From: Vicugna vicugna
Taxonomy: Eukaryota
NCBI GenBank assembly: GCA_013265495.1
Contig: MU058009.1
Location: 4,344,739 to 4,408,738 of the forward strand
Direction of reading: 5' to 3'
Length of the DNA: 64,000 nt
In this document: in pieces, positions 61,808-64,000 of the stretch
Layout of the letters: the number at the start of each line of letters is the position of its first letter
Numbering within the stretch: position 1 is the first letter of the stretch
Program-made: the position numbers and the translations under genes
Notes under the pieces: generated by a model
Databases searched by the model: none
The model's input: the letters and a program-made list of their open reading frames with translations, nothing else
Told to the model about the DNA's origin: nothing

Positions 61808-61843
61808 ACAGCACTGACACACAACAGCACTGACACACAACAG
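61808..61843. repeat. Perfect 16-bp tandem duplication
   Basis: ACAGCACTGACACACA occurs twice (61808-61823, 61824-61839), followed by ACAG. Confidence 0.9.
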
Positions 61844-64000
61844 AGATTATTTGAAAAGAGAGCAGAGTGTGAGGACATCCCAGTGTTGCACGATTCTCAG
61901 GAGGGCAGGTGCTCAAAGGAGCTGGGGCTGGGGTGGTGGCCGGAACGGCCAGTGTAAGCCAGTGAGTGGGGGCAGGAAGACCGGGCTCGGGCAGCGAGGA
62001 GGGCAGGGCGTCCAGCGGGGAGCCACCTGCGGGAAGCGGCACGGTGGAAGTGAACAGAGCGGTTAGACTTTGTCTGCTGGGAGGCGCAGGCGGAGGGGCC
62101 GAGGGCTGCTCGGTTTGGGCGTCCCCTACTGCACGTCAGCAAGAGACAGACGCGGGCAGAGACAAGCGCACCCAGCTTGCTTCTCTGACGGCAAAGCCCC
62201 GGGAGGCGCCCAGGCCTGGCGCTGGGCGGGCGCTCCTGTGGTCACAGCTCTACCGTCTGGTGCTTGGAGACGAGCTGCCCTGAGAGCTGGAGGAGTCGGT
62301 TCCTGTGCGCTTCCTTAGGCTGAGCCTGCCTCTCTTTCCCCTATGAGATGGTAAGTTCTAGTGGGAAGAAAATACTATAAAAAACTAATAAAAAGGAGAA
62401 CGGGGGAGCTACGCATCCAAGACCTGGTGCTTTAACAAGAAGCCGGTGCCCGGGAGACAAAAAGGTCCTTCACACTTGCTGCGGCAAGAACATGGACAGA
62501 CCAGGACAGACTCCAGCCCGGTGGGAGCTGGCCTGGGGAAGCCCGCCTCTCCAGGCCTTGCGTGCTCAGTGTTGAGTATCTTCCCTTTGCCCCCCTGCAC
62601 CAAGCTCCTTCGCCCTCCACCTGCTCTGCTCCCAGGAGGCCGGCCTTGACTGCTGGCCTCAGCCGGGACCCCTGCTGTCCAGCTGCAGGCTGGAGTCAGC
62701 TCGTGGGGCCACCCACAGGGGACCAGCAGGGAGTGGAGGGTGGGGTCCCAGTCACTGAGCCCCTCCCTGCGGGGCCGAGGTGGGCAGGGGCCGTGCGCCT
62801 TCACCAAGGCCTCAGCTCCCACGAGGCAGCCCCTCCGTGGCTGCAGAGCTAGCCGCATTCTCACAACCACTCCACGCCCTTGACCTTCCAGGCGGAAGGA
62901 CTGCAGGAGCTTCCGCTGGTGCTGGGTTGAAGTGTCTCTCCATCCTTCGACGGTTTTCCTTACCCCCAACGCATGATTGTACCTGAACCCACCATTAACC
63001 TCTCCTCAAACCCCCTTCTGAGCATGTGACCTGCTTCTTGCAAAACTCCTGAGTGATCCTACGCAGCCTGATTAGGGAGAGATCCAAGAGGCCCGAAGGG
63101 AGGGCGCGGGGTGTCCAGAAACCAGAGGGGCACTCAGGGCCCTGCAGCAGGGGCTTCGCACCAGACTCTGAAGGTGTGTGTCCATCTCTGAGCAGCCCTG
63201 CAGCCGCACGGGTGGGGGCCGACTGCCCGTCTGCCCCGCCCACAGCATTACCTGCTTCTGTTTAGCTTTTCAAATAAGGAAACCAGGACTCGGGAAGGTG
63301 AAATGAAATGGCCCGCTCTCGTCTTCCCGTCCGCAAGGCTTTGGGGCCACGTTTACGGATCCTTTTAGGGAGGTGAACGCCGCATGCTATATATAGAGCC
63401 ATGACATACATAAAGGAGACATGTAAGACAGTCTCTCAGAAGGGTCGGAACCCTGAGTGCATTTCTGTTCTTTAACCGCGGTATATAATTTGTGTGTGTG
63501 TGTCACCAACTCAATGCATTTAGTTTCTCTGCTCCCTAGGAAGGGCCTGTATTACAGCAGAGACCTTACCTAATTCTTTGTTTTGGTACAATGTCTAACA
63601 CGCTTTGGGCGTTTAATGAATGGCTGTTAATAGCACTGACCCACAGGGGCTCTGCGCCCAGTGTGATCACGGGCTGTTTCATACACAGACCTGTGAGAAA
63701 ATAAGAGGTCAACTTTCGTCCACGTGACATCAAGGGTCGGCCCTGGGCAGGCTTTCAGAGGCCGCAGCTCAGCCGCCCACCCCCAGGCTGGCCTGGGCTC
63801 CGGCCGGGACGTTCAGAGAGGCGTCTCCCACGGACGCCTGCGCCCAGGTGCCTGACGGCCCGACAGCACGCACGCGCCTCCTCCTGCCTGGTCTAAGTCC
63901 TTCCCGCCAGACCCGCCTGCCCCCCTGCGCACACGGCGGGCGAGAGGACCAGCCACAGGCCAGGGAACAGGAAATGGGTCAAAGCGAAGCAGAGGATTAC

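Noticed and set aside
48306-64000. OPCML 3' end on the minus strand (tail-to-tail neighbour of NTM in mammals)
   Set aside because: No minus-strand IgLON exon or GPI-signal peptide is visible; it probably lies beyond the window.
1-64000. CRISPR arrays, operons, rRNA/tRNA genes or other prokaryotic/viral systems
   Set aside because: The sequence is spliced mammalian DNA. The only regular repeats are the 37-bp minisatellite (no unique spacers) and microsatellites, and I found no tRNA or rRNA signatures.

Overview
Mammalian (eukaryotic) genomic DNA containing the 3' half of the IgLON cell-adhesion gene neurotrimin (NTM) on the + strand, plus about 15.7 kb of downstream intergenic sequence. The window opens inside a long NTM intron. 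Four constitutive coding exons have canonical AG/GT ends and join in frame: 25781-25915 (135 nt), 27789-27909 (121 nt), 32949-33100 (152 nt) and 46523-46629 (terminal, GPI signal). The 3' UTR runs to about 48300. The last intron holds a cassette of small alternative exons: an intact 36-nt exon (36105-36140), a candidate 21-nt exon (40286-40306), and a 32-nt orthologue of the 33-nt EVKTTALTPWK exon (41157-41188). That last exon is frameshifted, reads EVKSML-stop, and would give a secreted, GPI-less neurotrimin predicted to escape NMD. The rest is old eutherian repeats (L2, L1M, MIR, MLT1, MER21-like, MER34-like LTR, MER5) and short, younger L1 3' ends. I saw no lineage-specific tRNA-derived SINEs, which with the L1 tails suggests a camelid or related cetartiodactyl (inference). 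Old repeats and the GPI signal peptide show a strong A/T-to-G/C shift, consistent with GC-biased gene conversion. There is no prokaryotic system, CRISPR array or novel protein-coding gene; the long ORFs in the track are chance GC-rich frames. Comparisons to human NTM and to repeat consensus sequences are from memory and need alignment to confirm.
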